In this document: positions 6,731 to 16,850 of the stretch, one piece after another | Layout: each line of letters starts with the position of its first letter | Numbering within the stretch: position 1 is the first letter of the stretch | Assembly: GCA_017546705.1 (NCBI GenBank) | Contig: JAFYSB010000008.1 | Span: 4,741 to 68,740 of the forward strand | DNA length: 64,000 bases | Direction of reading: 5' to 3' | From: Paludibacteraceae bacterium | GTDB lineage: Bacteria > Bacteroidota > Bacteroidia > Bacteroidales > Paludibacteraceae | The notes under the pieces: model-generated | What the model was told of the DNA's origin: nothing | Databases searched by the model: none | The model's input: the letters and a program-made list of their open reading frames with translations, nothing else | Translations under genes and position numbers: made by a program

Positions 6731-9700
6731 TGTATGGAGTGAATAGTTTGTAATGCGTTGTAGATGATATAGCCCTCGGTGGTGTAGCCCATTTGGCGGA
6801 GTAATGAGATGTAGTCACGCACCTGCTCGAGGTGGGATGTGGGTTGTTCGTGTCCGAACTTATAGTCGATGACAATGGCATGTTTCCCGCTAATCATCAC
6901 ACGATCAGGGCGTTGCATATTGCCCGAAGGGGTGATGATGTCTTGTTCGGATAGAATGGTATATTGGTTGGAGAACCAATCGTGGTGGTTCTCACGCGCG
7001 ATAAGTTCTTGTAGCTTTTGTAACTGTTGGCGCATCTCTTGTGCTTGATTATCAGTAACTTGACCTTGTCTGATAAGTTTAGCAAGTGTAGGTTCGGCAT
7101 CGTCCCATGTGCGGATATATGATAGCCATAGGTGCATGAGAATACCCAAATCAACGGTTGCAAGCGGTGTGTCAGGAGCAAAATCATCTTCTGCTCGGCT
7201 GCGTAGTGTGAGGCGCGAGCGGATAGGTTCTGCGATATATGTAGCAGGATAGGTAGTCGTAGTTTCTGGTTTGAGTGGAGGAAGCGGGGCTGGTGTGCCT
7301 TCCGCTGGTTTGCAGTAGGTGAGTTGGTCATTGAGTAGGTCTTTGTAGAGCGCAAATACCTCTGCTCCCACACTATGGGCGGAGCGGCTATTGAGTTGTC
7401 CGTAGATGTATAGACGGTACTTAGGACGTGTGATGGCTACGTATGTAAGGTTTAGATTATCAATGGTTTGTGCTAACTTGTCTTGAATATACTCGTTCGT
7501 AAAATGTGATTGTAGCAGTTTCTTAGATGGATGTACAGCCACCAGAGGCAACTGATTGAATGGCGGTGTTTGAGGTACGCACCAGATGATATCGCTTGCT
7601 CGTTCTTTGGTGAGTTCCCATGTAAAGAATGGGATGAATACGATGTCAAACTCCAAGCCTTTGCTGCTATGAATGGTCATGATACGTATGGTATCGGCTG
7701 TTTGGGATGCCGCAATGGTTTTGTTTTTACCTTTTCGTTCCCAATATTCAAGAAACGCTTTTCGGTCCGCTACACGACTTTTGGTGAATTGATAGATGAG
7801 GTCTTGGAAAGCGGTTAAGTATGGTGCAACTCCTTCTTGCTGAGTGAGTTGTAGTAGGTTGATAAGCGTTTGAACTTGCTCGTAAAGAGGTAAGTGCTGG
7901 GCTTGAAGTATGCTGTTGGTTTGCTCGGGAGTGAGTTGCCCGTAAGTTTGATGGATGTATGCTTGGTCGATGGTGTTGAGTTGAGTGTTGTCCTGTTTGA
8001 GCAAGTTGATGAGAAGTTGTATGGCTGGATGCGAACCAATTTGTAGGCCTTCGGATGATTGCACATTATAGCCCTTGCTGATGAGGAAATGGGCAAGATT
8101 GATAGCCTCGTGGGTGTAGCGAACTAACAACGTAACTCGCTTTAGTTCAATGCCTTCTTGAAGGAAAGATTGTAGTTGGAGGTGCAAGTTGTTGAGGGTT
8201 TGCTCTTCTGCATCATTGCCATCGAAGAACTGCATATGGAAATAGCCAGCATAGTTTTTGGCTGGCTCTTGGTGCATGTATGCGGGATCAAATATGTAGT
8301 AAATGTCTGTTCCTAAATCAGGTTGATTGTATTTGTCGCATATGTTCTTCGCAACGTGCGTGGTGAATTGCTGTATGAGTTTTTCGTTTTCCTCGATGAT
8401 GACCGGTGCTGTGCGCCAGTTGTGAGGCATGTGGTATGCTTTGTGGCTGGGAAACTGCTCGTGGAGATGCTTGAGCAGACTCCAGTCGGAGTTGCGGAAA
8501 CGATAGATACTTTGCTTGACATCACCCACGATGAGGTTGTCAGCTTGATAGCTCTCGCTTTCTCGAATGAGCGGCATGAAGTTTTCCCATTGCAATGCGC
8601 TGGTATCTTGAAACTCATCAATCATATAGTGACGAAAGTACTGTCCGAAGCGTTCGTAGATGAATGGTGTATCTTGTCCGTCGATGATTTGGTGTACTAA
8701 TTGGTTGGTTTCGGATATAGGCAAACGCCCCAGATTGCGATTGGTATCCTCGATTTGCTTTGCCACATCTTGCAGGATTCCTAATGTGTAGAGGTGTGGA
8801 AGAATCGCTTTGGCAGTCGCGTAATCTTGCGCAGATGTACCTGTACATAATTCGTTGAGCGATAGGAATATAGGAGCAAGTTGCTGCTCGTAGATAGCGA
8901 GCAGGATCTGTTGTTCATCTTTGGTAGTCTTGCCCTTAACGAAGATGCTGGCTGGATTGTCGAGGATATTGAAGAATGTCTTGCCCATATTACCCATTAG
9001 CCATTCTTCTGGTGATTTTTGGAATGCTTTGAGTATGTTGGTTTGCCAGCCTTGTTGGGTGGAAAATATGGCAGTTGCTTGCGTAAGCAGTTGCGCTACG
9101 GCTTGCTCTTTATCCTGGCATATTTGCAACAGATTGGAGCGATATTGTCGCATAAAACTCTTGTCGGAGAAGACTTGTTGCAACTCGGGCATTCGTAATA
9201 TGACTTGTTCGCGGAGCAGTTGCTTGGCAAAACCCTTGATTGCACTATTGGGATTCCATTGGTGGTCATCATCAATGTTCTTCTGAATGAAATCCATCAT
9301 CCATTCTATGAGGTCCTTGTCATCGCTATGTTCTTGTCGGATACGCTTGAAGATGTCATCCACTGCCTGCTGAATCATCTCGTCGCCGTCTAGCGAGAGG
9401 TCGTATGTGGCAGAAAGTCCGAGCTCCCGAGCAAAAGTGCGGATGACTTGTTGGAAGAACCCATCGATGGTGGAGACAGAAAAGCGTGTGTAGTCTTGTA
9501 AGATTCCCACCAGCAAGTGCTGCGCACGTTGTTGAATCTGCTCTTTGGTTAAATTCAATGTGGCATCTTGGCAAAAATCCTTGATATAGTCGGATTGGTT
9601 AGGGGCGGTGGATAGGGTATATAACTCGCGTAGGATGCGCTCCTTCATCTCGGCAGTGGATTTTTTTGTGAAGGTTACAGCCAAGATTCGACTATGTGGA

Positions 9701-9810
9701 AGTCGCTTATCATCAACGCCTTGCGTGTCGCGAAGCAACATGCGCAGGTATTCGCGTGTGAGGGCAAAAGTCTTGCCACTTCCAGCAGAGGCGTTGTAGA
9801 TGGAGAGCAT
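6727..9810 (-). CDS. UvrD/AddA-like ATP-dependent helicase with C-terminal PD-(D/E)XK nuclease motif
   Basis: 1027 aa. Walker A NASAGSGKTFALT. Motifs DEFQDTS, VGDVKQSIYRFR, TIHSSKGLEF. C-terminal RPDRVM...AIVIDYKFG. Confidence 0.8.
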   Translation of the reverse strand: MLSIYNASAGSGKTFALTREYLRMLLRDTQGVDDKRLPHSRILAVTFTKKSTAEMKERILRELYTLSTAPNQSDYIKDFCQDATLNLTKEQIQQRAQHLLVGILQDYTRFSVSTIDGFFQQVIRTFARELGLSATYDLSLDGDEMIQQAVDDIFKRIRQEHSDDKDLIEWMMDFIQKNIDDDHQWNPNSAIKGFAKQLLREQVILRMPELQQVFSDKSFMRQYRSNLLQICQDKEQAVAQLLTQATAIFSTQQGWQTNILKAFQKSPEEWLMGNMGKTFFNILDNPASIFVKGKTTKDEQQILLAIYEQQLAPIFLSLNELCTGTSAQDYATAKAILPHLYTLGILQDVAKQIEDTNRNLGRLPISETNQLVHQIIDGQDTPFIYERFGQYFRHYMIDEFQDTSALQWENFMPLIRESESYQADNLIVGDVKQSIYRFRNSDWSLLKHLHEQFPSHKAYHMPHNWRTAPVIIEENEKLIQQFTTHVAKNICDKYNQPDLGTDIYYIFDPAYMHQEPAKNYAGYFHMQFFDGNDAEEQTLNNLHLQLQSFLQEGIELKRVTLLVRYTHEAINLAHFLISKGYNVQSSEGLQIGSHPAIQLLINLLKQDNTQLNTIDQAYIHQTYGQLTPEQTNSILQAQHLPLYEQVQTLINLLQLTQQEGVAPYLTAFQDLIYQFTKSRVADRKAFLEYWERKGKNKTIAASQTADTIRIMTIHSSKGLEFDIVFIPFFTWELTKERASDIIWCVPQTPPFNQLPLVAVHPSKKLLQSHFTNEYIQDKLAQTIDNLNLTYVAITRPKYRLYIYGQLNSRSAHSVGAEVFALYKDLLNDQLTYCKPAEGTPAPLPPLKPETTTTYPATYIAEPIRSRLTLRSRAEDDFAPDTPLATVDLGILMHLWLSYIRTWDDAEPTLAKLIRQGQVTDNQAQEMRQQLQKLQELIARENHHDWFSNQYTILSEQDIITPSGNMQRPDRVMISGKHAIVIDYKFGHEQPTSHLEQVRDYISLLRQMGYTTEGYIIYNALQTIHSIQ

Positions 9811-9823
9811 GGATGGTAAACGT

Positions 9824-10285
9824 TTAGTTGGTGATACGGAGAGTTAATCCCGTGGCTGTTTGTTGTGTGAGCGCTTGGTATTTGCGGAGCGGTTCGCGAG
9901 TGATCCCTTTGGTAGGTACAGCATAGCCGTAGCCCAAATCGAAATGTTCGTCACAAAGCGGACACACGGCATATAGTCCGTCGATTGCTACAGGCCTTTT
10001 GGGTTTAAGGCAATGTGGGCAGCATAGGTCGGCTGCATGATAGTGTCCATCCATGCCGACCCATATTAGTAGGCCTGCGTAGCCGATGTATTCGCGCTCG
10101 AATTTGTGTTCGGTAATGGTCATGGTTTGGAAACCATTGTCGATGATGAAATGTGGATGCTCACGTGTGATGTACAGGTTGTAACTCACAGGTACATTGG
10201 GTACGGATGAACGAAAATTGGTATCTTCGCAGCCGATGCCAAGACATGCAATGAGCAATAATATGATGCTATGGCGTTTCATCAA
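9824..10285 (-). CDS. Lipoprotein with a Rieske-like Cys/His motif
   Basis: 153 aa. Signal peptide and lipobox LIACLGIGC. CPH-x19-CDEH resembles Rieske CxH...CxxH ligands. Confidence 0.4.
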   Translation of the reverse strand: MMKRHSIILLLIACLGIGCEDTNFRSSVPNVPVSYNLYITREHPHFIIDNGFQTMTITEHKFEREYIGYAGLLIWVGMDGHYHAADLCCPHCLKPKRPVAIDGLYAVCPLCDEHFDLGYGYAVPTKGITREPLRKYQALTQQTATGLTLRITN

Positions 10286-10752
10286 TTGACATCATGCAAT
10301 TCTACTGTGAAAATCAGTGTAGAGTAGGGGGGGATATGGCTGCTTGTGCCTTCAGTACCAGCACCTTTTACACCATATCCTAATGAATATGGGATATATA
10401 GTTCATAGATGCCATATTTCTCCATTTTTTTTAGACCTTCGCTGAAACCAGGTACAAAACTGTTGACATAGCCTGAGTAATTCTCGTTGGCATCAAACGC
10501 ATAACCATTGATTAGTTCGCCTGCATAACTGATAGTTACCATTTTAGCATCATCAGGACGGGCATAATTAGGCAATCCTGGTTCAATACACTTGTATTGC
10601 AATCCAGTGGGGGTTGTTATAACTCCCTCTTGTTGAGCATTTTGAATGAGCCATAGTTCGTTTTGTGCTTTCCAATCAAGCCAATCGTTTTGTTTGCAGC
10701 TGCAGAATGCTACTAAGCAGACTAGCAGTAATATTATTTTATTTTTCTTCAT
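10282..10752 (-). CDS. FKBP-type peptidyl-prolyl cis-trans isomerase (lipoprotein)
   Basis: 156 aa. Lipobox AFCSC. FKBP-like VTISYAGELINGYAFD, PGFSEGLKKM, IPYSLGYG. Confidence 0.8.
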   Translation of the reverse strand: MKKNKIILLLVCLVAFCSCKQNDWLDWKAQNELWLIQNAQQEGVITTPTGLQYKCIEPGLPNYARPDDAKMVTISYAGELINGYAFDANENYSGYVNSFVPGFSEGLKKMEKYGIYELYIPYSLGYGVKGAGTEGTSSHIPPYSTLIFTVELHDVN

Positions 10753-10780
10753 ATGCTTTAAATTCTAAACGTATCAATCA

Positions 10781-11947
10781 TCATTGCGCTAACCACAAAC
10801 TTGGGTTCAAAATAGAGCGGTCTTTGTAGAGTTGGAAATATAGCTCCGTTTTGTTATCTTCGTTGGCATCTGTGTAAATGGTGCCAATAGATTGTTTTGC
10901 TGTCACTTTGTCGCCTTGCTTGACGTTGATGGATTTAAGTGGCGAATATACGGTACGGTAGTTACCATGTTGGATAATCACCGCATAATTGCCATTCATT
11001 TGTGCGCACCATGTCACCTCTCCCTCATAGATGGCTCGCGCGGCACCACCTTGAACGGTTTGGAGGTAAATACCCTTGTTGTCTATTGTCACGTGCTCAT
11101 GCACAGGGTGCTTGTGCTTGCCGAAATATCCGCTAATATAGCCCTTCTCCACAGGCCATGGCATACGTCCTTGGTTGGCCTCAAATCCACCAGCAATGAG
11201 TTGTTGCCCTTTGGTAAGCGTGGTAGTGGTGCGTACTTGCTTGGCAATCATTTCCTCAATTTTCTTGTTGAGTGCATCTGCTTTCTTTTGTTGCTCTTTT
11301 TGCTTAGCAAGCAGATCTTTCTCTTGTTTCTTGAGTGACTGTAGCATGTTCTTCTGCTTACGCTCGTCGCTACTCAATTTCTCTTGTTCGCGTTTTTGCT
11401 TTTTGAGTGCACTGGTACGGTCGTCGCGACGTTGTACGAGTAGATTGTTTTGTATGTCGATGTCCGTTTGTAAGCTTTCGATTTGTCGTACTTGCTGTTT
11501 GCGATAAGCAGCAAACTCTTGCATGTAGCGAATGCGGCGTATCAACTGCTGAAAATTTTCTGCAGAAAGCAGGAAATATAGTGGCGATTGCTGGATATCG
11601 GCGTAGTGTGTCTCACGTACTAGTCGTGCATAATCGGCTTTGCATGCCTCTAATTGCTCTTGCAAATCAGCACGCTTGGCACGTAGCTGCCCCATCTCGC
11701 CATTCAGTCCGCTAATCTCTGACTGGATGGAGTTGATGAGTTTTTTACGGGTTTTGATATCGTTGTTGAGTAGGTTGAGTTTGTTGACAGTAGCGGTTTC
11801 GTTTTGCTTGGTTTGCTTGAGCATTTTGCTTGTTTCTTCCAACTGCTGTTGCAGTTCACGCTGCTGCTTTTGCAACTCCTTCACACTCTGGGCAGGTAGC
11901 ACCAATGCTATCAAGAGGAGTATATGTATGATGCCTATTTTTTTCAT
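10781..11947 (-). CDS. M23/LytM-family peptidase with N-terminal coiled coil (EnvC-like)
   Basis: Start placed at MKKIGIIHILL (signal peptide), overlapping the upstream stop by 4 nt. A long Q/K/E-rich coiled coil is followed by a LytM domain (AVIIQHGNYRTVYSPL...QGDKV). Confidence 0.75.
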   Translation of the reverse strand: MKKIGIIHILLLIALVLPAQSVKELQKQQRELQQQLEETSKMLKQTKQNETATVNKLNLLNNDIKTRKKLINSIQSEISGLNGEMGQLRAKRADLQEQLEACKADYARLVRETHYADIQQSPLYFLLSAENFQQLIRRIRYMQEFAAYRKQQVRQIESLQTDIDIQNNLLVQRRDDRTSALKKQKREQEKLSSDERKQKNMLQSLKKQEKDLLAKQKEQQKKADALNKKIEEMIAKQVRTTTTLTKGQQLIAGGFEANQGRMPWPVEKGYISGYFGKHKHPVHEHVTIDNKGIYLQTVQGGAARAIYEGEVTWCAQMNGNYAVIIQHGNYRTVYSPLKSINVKQGDKVTAKQSIGTIYTDANEDNKTELYFQLYKDRSILNPSLWLAQ

Positions 11948-12477
11948 AAGGGTAATATGTCGCGCAGGGATACTTGTTTGTATTTCTGTAAATCCAATCG
12001 TTTGGGTGTATTTAGTGTGTCGTATTCTCGTTGTGAGAACTTGCACGTAATCCGAATTGTATGATTTCCAAATGAGAAGTCTATTTGATTTTTCTGGTCC
12101 TTTTCGGGTGTAATAGGTGCGCTGACGAAGTCTTGAATGAGGCGGAATGATGGCTTCGGACTTACCTGATTAGCAAACATATTGTATGCAATCACAGTAT
12201 ATCGTCGGTTCATCTTGTCCACTAGGATTACACTGTCTTTGGTGGCTTCCATACGTAGCATTTCTATTCCAAGCATAGGTTGTAAGGATAGTATGATCAA
12301 CTCATTGCGCCACATCTGTATTGAACACCCCATAGTGTATTTATGCTGATCTAGCTCCAAGGTTGCGCTTGCTTTTTGGCTCAACGTCTGATAGCGATGA
12401 GGCTGTGTTTGTCGCTGTGTTCCGCAAGAGGACAAGAGCAGAGCTAGCATTGCTATTATGGGAATGATGCGTTTCAT
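11944..12477 (-). CDS. Lipoprotein, DUF4292-like (assigned from size and gene context)
   Basis: 177 aa. Lipobox LLLSSCG. It sits between the TPR protein and the M23 peptidase. Confidence 0.5.
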   Translation of the reverse strand: MKRIIPIIAMLALLLSSCGTQRQTQPHRYQTLSQKASATLELDQHKYTMGCSIQMWRNELIILSLQPMLGIEMLRMEATKDSVILVDKMNRRYTVIAYNMFANQVSPKPSFRLIQDFVSAPITPEKDQKNQIDFSFGNHTIRITCKFSQREYDTLNTPKRLDLQKYKQVSLRDILPL

Positions 12478-13490
12478 AATTTCAACTTTTTCAATATCGC
12501 TTTGTAGTGCATTGTAATCTCCTCTTTAGCTTCATCTGTGGCGTTCTCCAGTGCGCGCTGAATATAGAAAAATGCCGTCTGATAGTCGCCTTTCTTATAC
12601 ATGATCCATGCGTAGGTGTCTAAGTAGGTTGGGTTGCTTGGCTCTTGCATGATGGTGGTGCGCGACAATGATTCCGCCTGATCTAAATCTGTGTTGGATA
12701 AGCATAGGTGCCATGCTAAGTTATTCATCAGCATTAAGTTGCGTGAATCAAATCGCAGCAAAGCAGTGTATGCCTCAATCATTTTCTCTGAGGGCTGATG
12801 CGTTTGCTCGTACAACTGTGCGCGAAATACCTGAAACTGCACATCGTTAGGGTCTTCCTCAAGATAGCGCTCCACTTCGTAGATGGCTTGTTTGCTATTT
12901 TTCATCAGCGCATTGAGCCGGTAGCGTTGCATGGCGCTCATGGCGTTGTAACCCACAATAGAATCTAGTCGATCTTGTAGTGCCAATGCCTTTTTGTAGT
13001 CGCCTATATGTACGTATGCCTTTTGCAGCATGCCTTGTACATTTTCATCTTTTAGTTTGGTTTTTGCGACCATCTCTAGGTTTTGTATGGCATTTTTTTT
13101 CTGCTTTTTATCTTCGCTATTCAGCAGGTACAATGTGTATTGATACCAATATTCGTTAGGATCTAGTTCGAAAGCCCTACGGAAATATCCTATCGCTTCT
13201 GCCTTCTGATCGAATGCATCCAAGAATACGCCCATGTAGTTGTTGACTGTTGCATTGTTAGGATTGAGTGCATAGCAAAATTGCGTTAGCTCCCATGCAG
13301 GCAGAATATCCTCTTTTTGTATTAGGCGTTGTGCTTCGTAGAAATAATACAGAAACTGTTGCTCTTCTTCTACACTGAGTGTGTCTTTTTCAGCCGGTTT
13401 AGCATGCACACTACTCAGCGTTGCTCCCGATAGCAACACCCATACAATCAGCCATATGTATCTCGTTTTACTCAAGTGGTAAATGGTCAA
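12474..13490 (-). CDS. Tetratricopeptide-repeat protein
   Basis: 338 aa. Signal peptide, then repeated A..Y....G.Y..A...F..AL..DP-type TPR units. Confidence 0.75.
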   Translation of the reverse strand: MTIYHLSKTRYIWLIVWVLLSGATLSSVHAKPAEKDTLSVEEEQQFLYYFYEAQRLIQKEDILPAWELTQFCYALNPNNATVNNYMGVFLDAFDQKAEAIGYFRRAFELDPNEYWYQYTLYLLNSEDKKQKKNAIQNLEMVAKTKLKDENVQGMLQKAYVHIGDYKKALALQDRLDSIVGYNAMSAMQRYRLNALMKNSKQAIYEVERYLEEDPNDVQFQVFRAQLYEQTHQPSEKMIEAYTALLRFDSRNLMLMNNLAWHLCLSNTDLDQAESLSRTTIMQEPSNPTYLDTYAWIMYKKGDYQTAFFYIQRALENATDEAKEEITMHYKAILKKLKL

Positions 13491-13498
13491 AATACATT

Positions 13499-13933
13499 TT
13501 ATTTCACACCGCTATGTCCAAATCCGCCAGCACCACGCTGGGTTTCACTTAGGACTTGTACTTGCTCTAATTCGGGTTGCTCATGTTGAGCAATCACCAT
13601 TTGGCAGATGCGTTCTCCTGGCTCAATGGTCTGTGGTTCGTTACTTAGGTTGATGAGTATCACGCCAATTTCCCCGCGATAGTCTGCATCAATGGTGCCT
13701 GGTGTGTTGAGCACGGTTAGTCCACGCTTGAGCGCTAGTCCGCTACGCGGACGAATTTGCGCCTCATAGCCTATAGGCAGTTCGATGTACAAACCTGTTG
13801 GCAATAGTTTACGCTCTAATGGTTGCAAGGTCACTGGCTCTGCCAAGTGGCAACGGATATCCATTCCTGCTGCCTGTGCACTCTCGTATCGTGGCAGTGG
13901 GTTATTGCTCTTGTTGATGATTTTTATAGTCAT
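13499..13933 (-). CDS. dut: dUTP diphosphatase
   Basis: 144 aa. Motifs [33 protein letters not shown]. Confidence 0.9.
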   Translation of the reverse strand: MTIKIINKSNNPLPRYESAQAAGMDIRCHLAEPVTLQPLERKLLPTGLYIELPIGYEAQIRPRSGLALKRGLTVLNTPGTIDADYRGEIGVILINLSNEPQTIEPGERICQMVIAQHEQPELEQVQVLSETQRGAGGFGHSGVK

Positions 13934-13938
13934 AATTT

Positions 13939-14553
13939 TTAGTATTCGTTTGACTTTTGGTTTAATACATGAAACGCTTGCTTAACTTGTTCACAATCTT
14001 CGAAGATGATACCGCGAATGCCAACTTGCTCCCCTGCTATGATGTTTTCTTTTCGGTCGTCGATGAAGACGCACTCTTCTGCCTTCAGTCCATAACGCTC
14101 AAGCAATATTTTGTAGATACGCAAATCGGGTTTGGCTATCAGTTCTTCTCCAGACATTACGATGCCGTCCATCATGCTAAAGGCTTCATACTTGTCTTTT
14201 ATCATTGGAAATGTTTCGTGCGACCAATTGCTCAATCCATATACTTTATAGCCAGCATTTTTTAGTTCGCATATCCACTCTTTCATACCAGGAACTTCTC
14301 CGTTAAGCATGTCTTCCCATCGTTCCCAATACATGCGTATTTCCGTTTCCCACTCAGGATATTCGGCTACTTTCTCAGCTACAGATTCAGCGAAAGATTT
14401 ACCTAAATCGGTTTGGTTGTTCCATTCCCATGTGCAGATATTATCCACGAACCAGTCTGTTTTCTCTTTACTGCCGAAGTGAGTGTCGTAGAGATTATGT
14501 TGACTCCAATACACTAACACGCATCCGAAGTCGAAAATCACATTTTTGATCAT
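13939..14553 (-). CDS. HAD-superfamily hydrolase
   Basis: 204 aa. N-terminal [10 protein letters not shown] (motif I-like), LSNW (motif II), FIDD (motif IV). Confidence 0.65.
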   Translation of the reverse strand: MIKNVIFDFGCVLVYWSQHNLYDTHFGSKEKTDWFVDNICTWEWNNQTDLGKSFAESVAEKVAEYPEWETEIRMYWERWEDMLNGEVPGMKEWICELKNAGYKVYGLSNWSHETFPMIKDKYEAFSMMDGIVMSGEELIAKPDLRIYKILLERYGLKAEECVFIDDRKENIIAGEQVGIRGIIFEDCEQVKQAFHVLNQKSNEY

Positions 14554-14556
14554 TTT

Positions 14557-15435
14557 CTAAAAACGCTTCTTTACTAATACTTTTAATCCCTCTTCTACGA
14601 TTTTTACGTGCAATTCTGCAGGCATTGTGATAGGCGTACCATCGATGTGCATTGGACCTTCGCTCTCGCGCTTGAGAGTCAGTTCTTTAGCACGAATCGT
14701 ATTCATGTGCAATTTCTCGTCGATATTCTTAGTAAAGAGGCTTAATGCCAATCCAGCTGCAGCGGTCATTGGGAACTCGCTTACGATTGCTACATCCAAC
14801 CAACCATCTTGCACACTGGCTTTTGGTGCGATATAGGCATCGTAGCCCCATTGTCCTGCATTGGCGAAACTCACCAAAAACGCTGTGGTGGTTTGGTCAA
14901 TCCCATCGCCTGTGAGGTGGTAAGTCTCAGGCTTGTATTGGAATAGGTCTTTGAATATAGTCTGCACATATCCTTTAAGCCCGCGATTGGTATCAGAGAA
15001 TTTCTCAGCCACTACGGCATCAAATCCTACACCGCAAGTGGAGAAAAAGGGCTGGTCATTTACCATGCCATAGTCTACGTTGATAACCTCACTGCTATTC
15101 AGCATCTCAATAGCACGATTCATACGTGTAGAAATGTCTAGATGCCGAGCAAATCCATTACCGCTACCATTTGGAATGATGCCGAGCGCAGTATTTGTGC
15201 CAATTAATCCAGTCGCTACTTCGTTTACCGTGCCGTCACCGCCGACAGCTACTACCGCATAGTACCCCTCTAAGGCGAAGTGCTGTGCTAGTTGTGTGGC
15301 GTGTCCAGCATATTCTGTAACTACCACGGTAGGTGAAAACTGTTGTAGATCCAAAAGTTCACGAATCAATTTGCCCACGCGATTTTTCGCTTTTGTTCCC
15401 GAGATGGGATTGACTATAAATGCTATATTCTTCAT
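14557..15435 (-). CDS. Diacylglycerol/lipid kinase family protein (YegS-like)
   Basis: 292 aa. DAGK catalytic motif VAVGGDGTVNEV and GSGNGFA. Confidence 0.8.
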   Translation of the reverse strand: MKNIAFIVNPISGTKAKNRVGKLIRELLDLQQFSPTVVVTEYAGHATQLAQHFALEGYYAVVAVGGDGTVNEVATGLIGTNTALGIIPNGSGNGFARHLDISTRMNRAIEMLNSSEVINVDYGMVNDQPFFSTCGVGFDAVVAEKFSDTNRGLKGYVQTIFKDLFQYKPETYHLTGDGIDQTTTAFLVSFANAGQWGYDAYIAPKASVQDGWLDVAIVSEFPMTAAAGLALSLFTKNIDEKLHMNTIRAKELTLKRESEGPMHIDGTPITMPAELHVKIVEEGLKVLVKKRF

Positions 15436-15487
15436 ATTTGTTTATCGTTTTCTTGTTGTGGTTTGTATATTCATACAAATTATCGCG

Positions 15488-15495
15488 CAAAGGTA
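15488..15495 (-). promoter_or_regulatory. -7 promoter box TACCTTTG for the lipid kinase operon
   Basis: The plus strand reads CAAAGGTA within gcgCAAAGGTAcaaaaaaaa, 53 nt upstream of the ATG at 15435. Confidence 0.55.
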
Positions 15496-15661
15496 CAAAA
15501 AAAATGCGATATATGCAAATTTTTTGGTTGAAAGTTGCAAGAAAAGTTCAAAGGCGGTATGTGAGTGATAGTCCATCTTTTATTTTAACTATATAAAGCT
15601 AAAAAACGTATCGAAAATGGATTTTCTGCAATGATTGTTTGCATATGTGCGTTTTTTTATG

Positions 15662-15669
15662 TAATTTTG
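15662..15669 (+). promoter_or_regulatory. -7 promoter box TAATTTTG for the histidine kinase gene
   Basis: Matches TAnnTTTG, 24 nt upstream of the ATG at 15693. This argues against the ORF-track start at 15639. Confidence 0.5.
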
Positions 15670-15692
15670 CCGAGAAATCAAATTTAAGGTCA

Positions 15693-16850
15693 ATGAATAA
15701 GTTAAATTCTAGTGCGTTGAGTGTTGTAATTACGTTACTACTGATTGTAGTTGTAATTGTCAGTTCGCTTGTTACCACTAATATTGTCCAACAATTAGAG
15801 GCTGAAGAGCAGAAGAAAATTGAACTTTGGGCGGAGGCTACACGCCAATTTAGTTTGGCAGATGAGGATGATAATGTGGATTTAATTTTACGGATATTGG
15901 AGGGTAATACTACCATCCCTGTTTATATGGTAGATATGAATTACAATCTGCTTCTGTCGCGAAATGTATTAGAGCCCAAGAACGATATAGATGCTTTTTA
16001 TGTTGAGAAAATCAATAAATTGCGTGCTACACAGGAACCGATAGAGGTACGTGTTTCCAACGAGGTGATGCAATACATATATTATGAGCCATCTTCTACT
16101 TTGCGTTGGCTATCGTACTTTCCTTATATTCAGCTGATTGTTATGCTTGCTCTTGCGGGATTAGCAGCTATCGCTCTGCTGATGGTACAACGCAGTGAAA
16201 AAAATAGTCTATGGGTAGGACTCTCCAAAGAAACAGCTCACCAACTCGGCACACCAATCTCCTCACTCAACGCGTGGAACGAACTGCTGAAAGCGACCTA
16301 TCCTGATGACCCGCTACTTCCACAGATGGATGAAGATATACGTCGATTGCAGATGATAGCCGAGCGTTTTTCCAAAATTGGTTCGCAACCCACATTGGAG
16401 CAACATGAGGTGTTGCCTGTGCTGCAAACAGCAATGGATTATATGCGCACGCGAACATCTAGTAAAATAATATACACGCTCCACGCGGAAGAAGCAGAAC
16501 ATTGTCAAGCGATGCTCTGCGTGCCATTATTTGAATGGGTGATTGAAAATATCTGCAAAAATGCCATTGATTCAATGGATGGTAAAGGCAGTATCACTAT
16601 CAGTTTGCAACATGCTGATAACCATCTCTATATTGATATTGCTGACACTGGTAAGGGAATTGACAGGAGAAATTTCAAACGTATTTTTACCCCAGGTTAT
16701 ACTAGCAAGAAACGCGGTTGGGGGTTAGGCTTAAGTTTAGGCAAGCGTATTATCGAGAATTACCATCGAGGCAAACTCTTCGTGAAGCAATCGCAATTGG
16801 GCATCGGTTCGACCTTCCGCATCATTCTCAAACAATCCAAAGACTGTTGA
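15693..16850 (+). CDS. Sensor histidine kinase (orphan, no adjacent response regulator)
   Basis: Two TM segments. H-box ETAHQLGTPISSL, N-box ENICKNAIDS, G1 DTGKGI, G2 GWGLGLSL. Confidence 0.8.
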   Translation: MNKLNSSALSVVITLLLIVVVIVSSLVTTNIVQQLEAEEQKKIELWAEATRQFSLADEDDNVDLILRILEGNTTIPVYMVDMNYNLLLSRNVLEPKNDIDAFYVEKINKLRATQEPIEVRVSNEVMQYIYYEPSSTLRWLSYFPYIQLIVMLALAGLAAIALLMVQRSEKNSLWVGLSKETAHQLGTPISSLNAWNELLKATYPDDPLLPQMDEDIRRLQMIAERFSKIGSQPTLEQHEVLPVLQTAMDYMRTRTSSKIIYTLHAEEAEHCQAMLCVPLFEWVIENICKNAIDSMDGKGSITISLQHADNHLYIDIADTGKGIDRRNFKRIFTPGYTSKKRGWGLGLSLGKRIIENYHRGKLFVKQSQLGIGSTFRIILKQSKDC

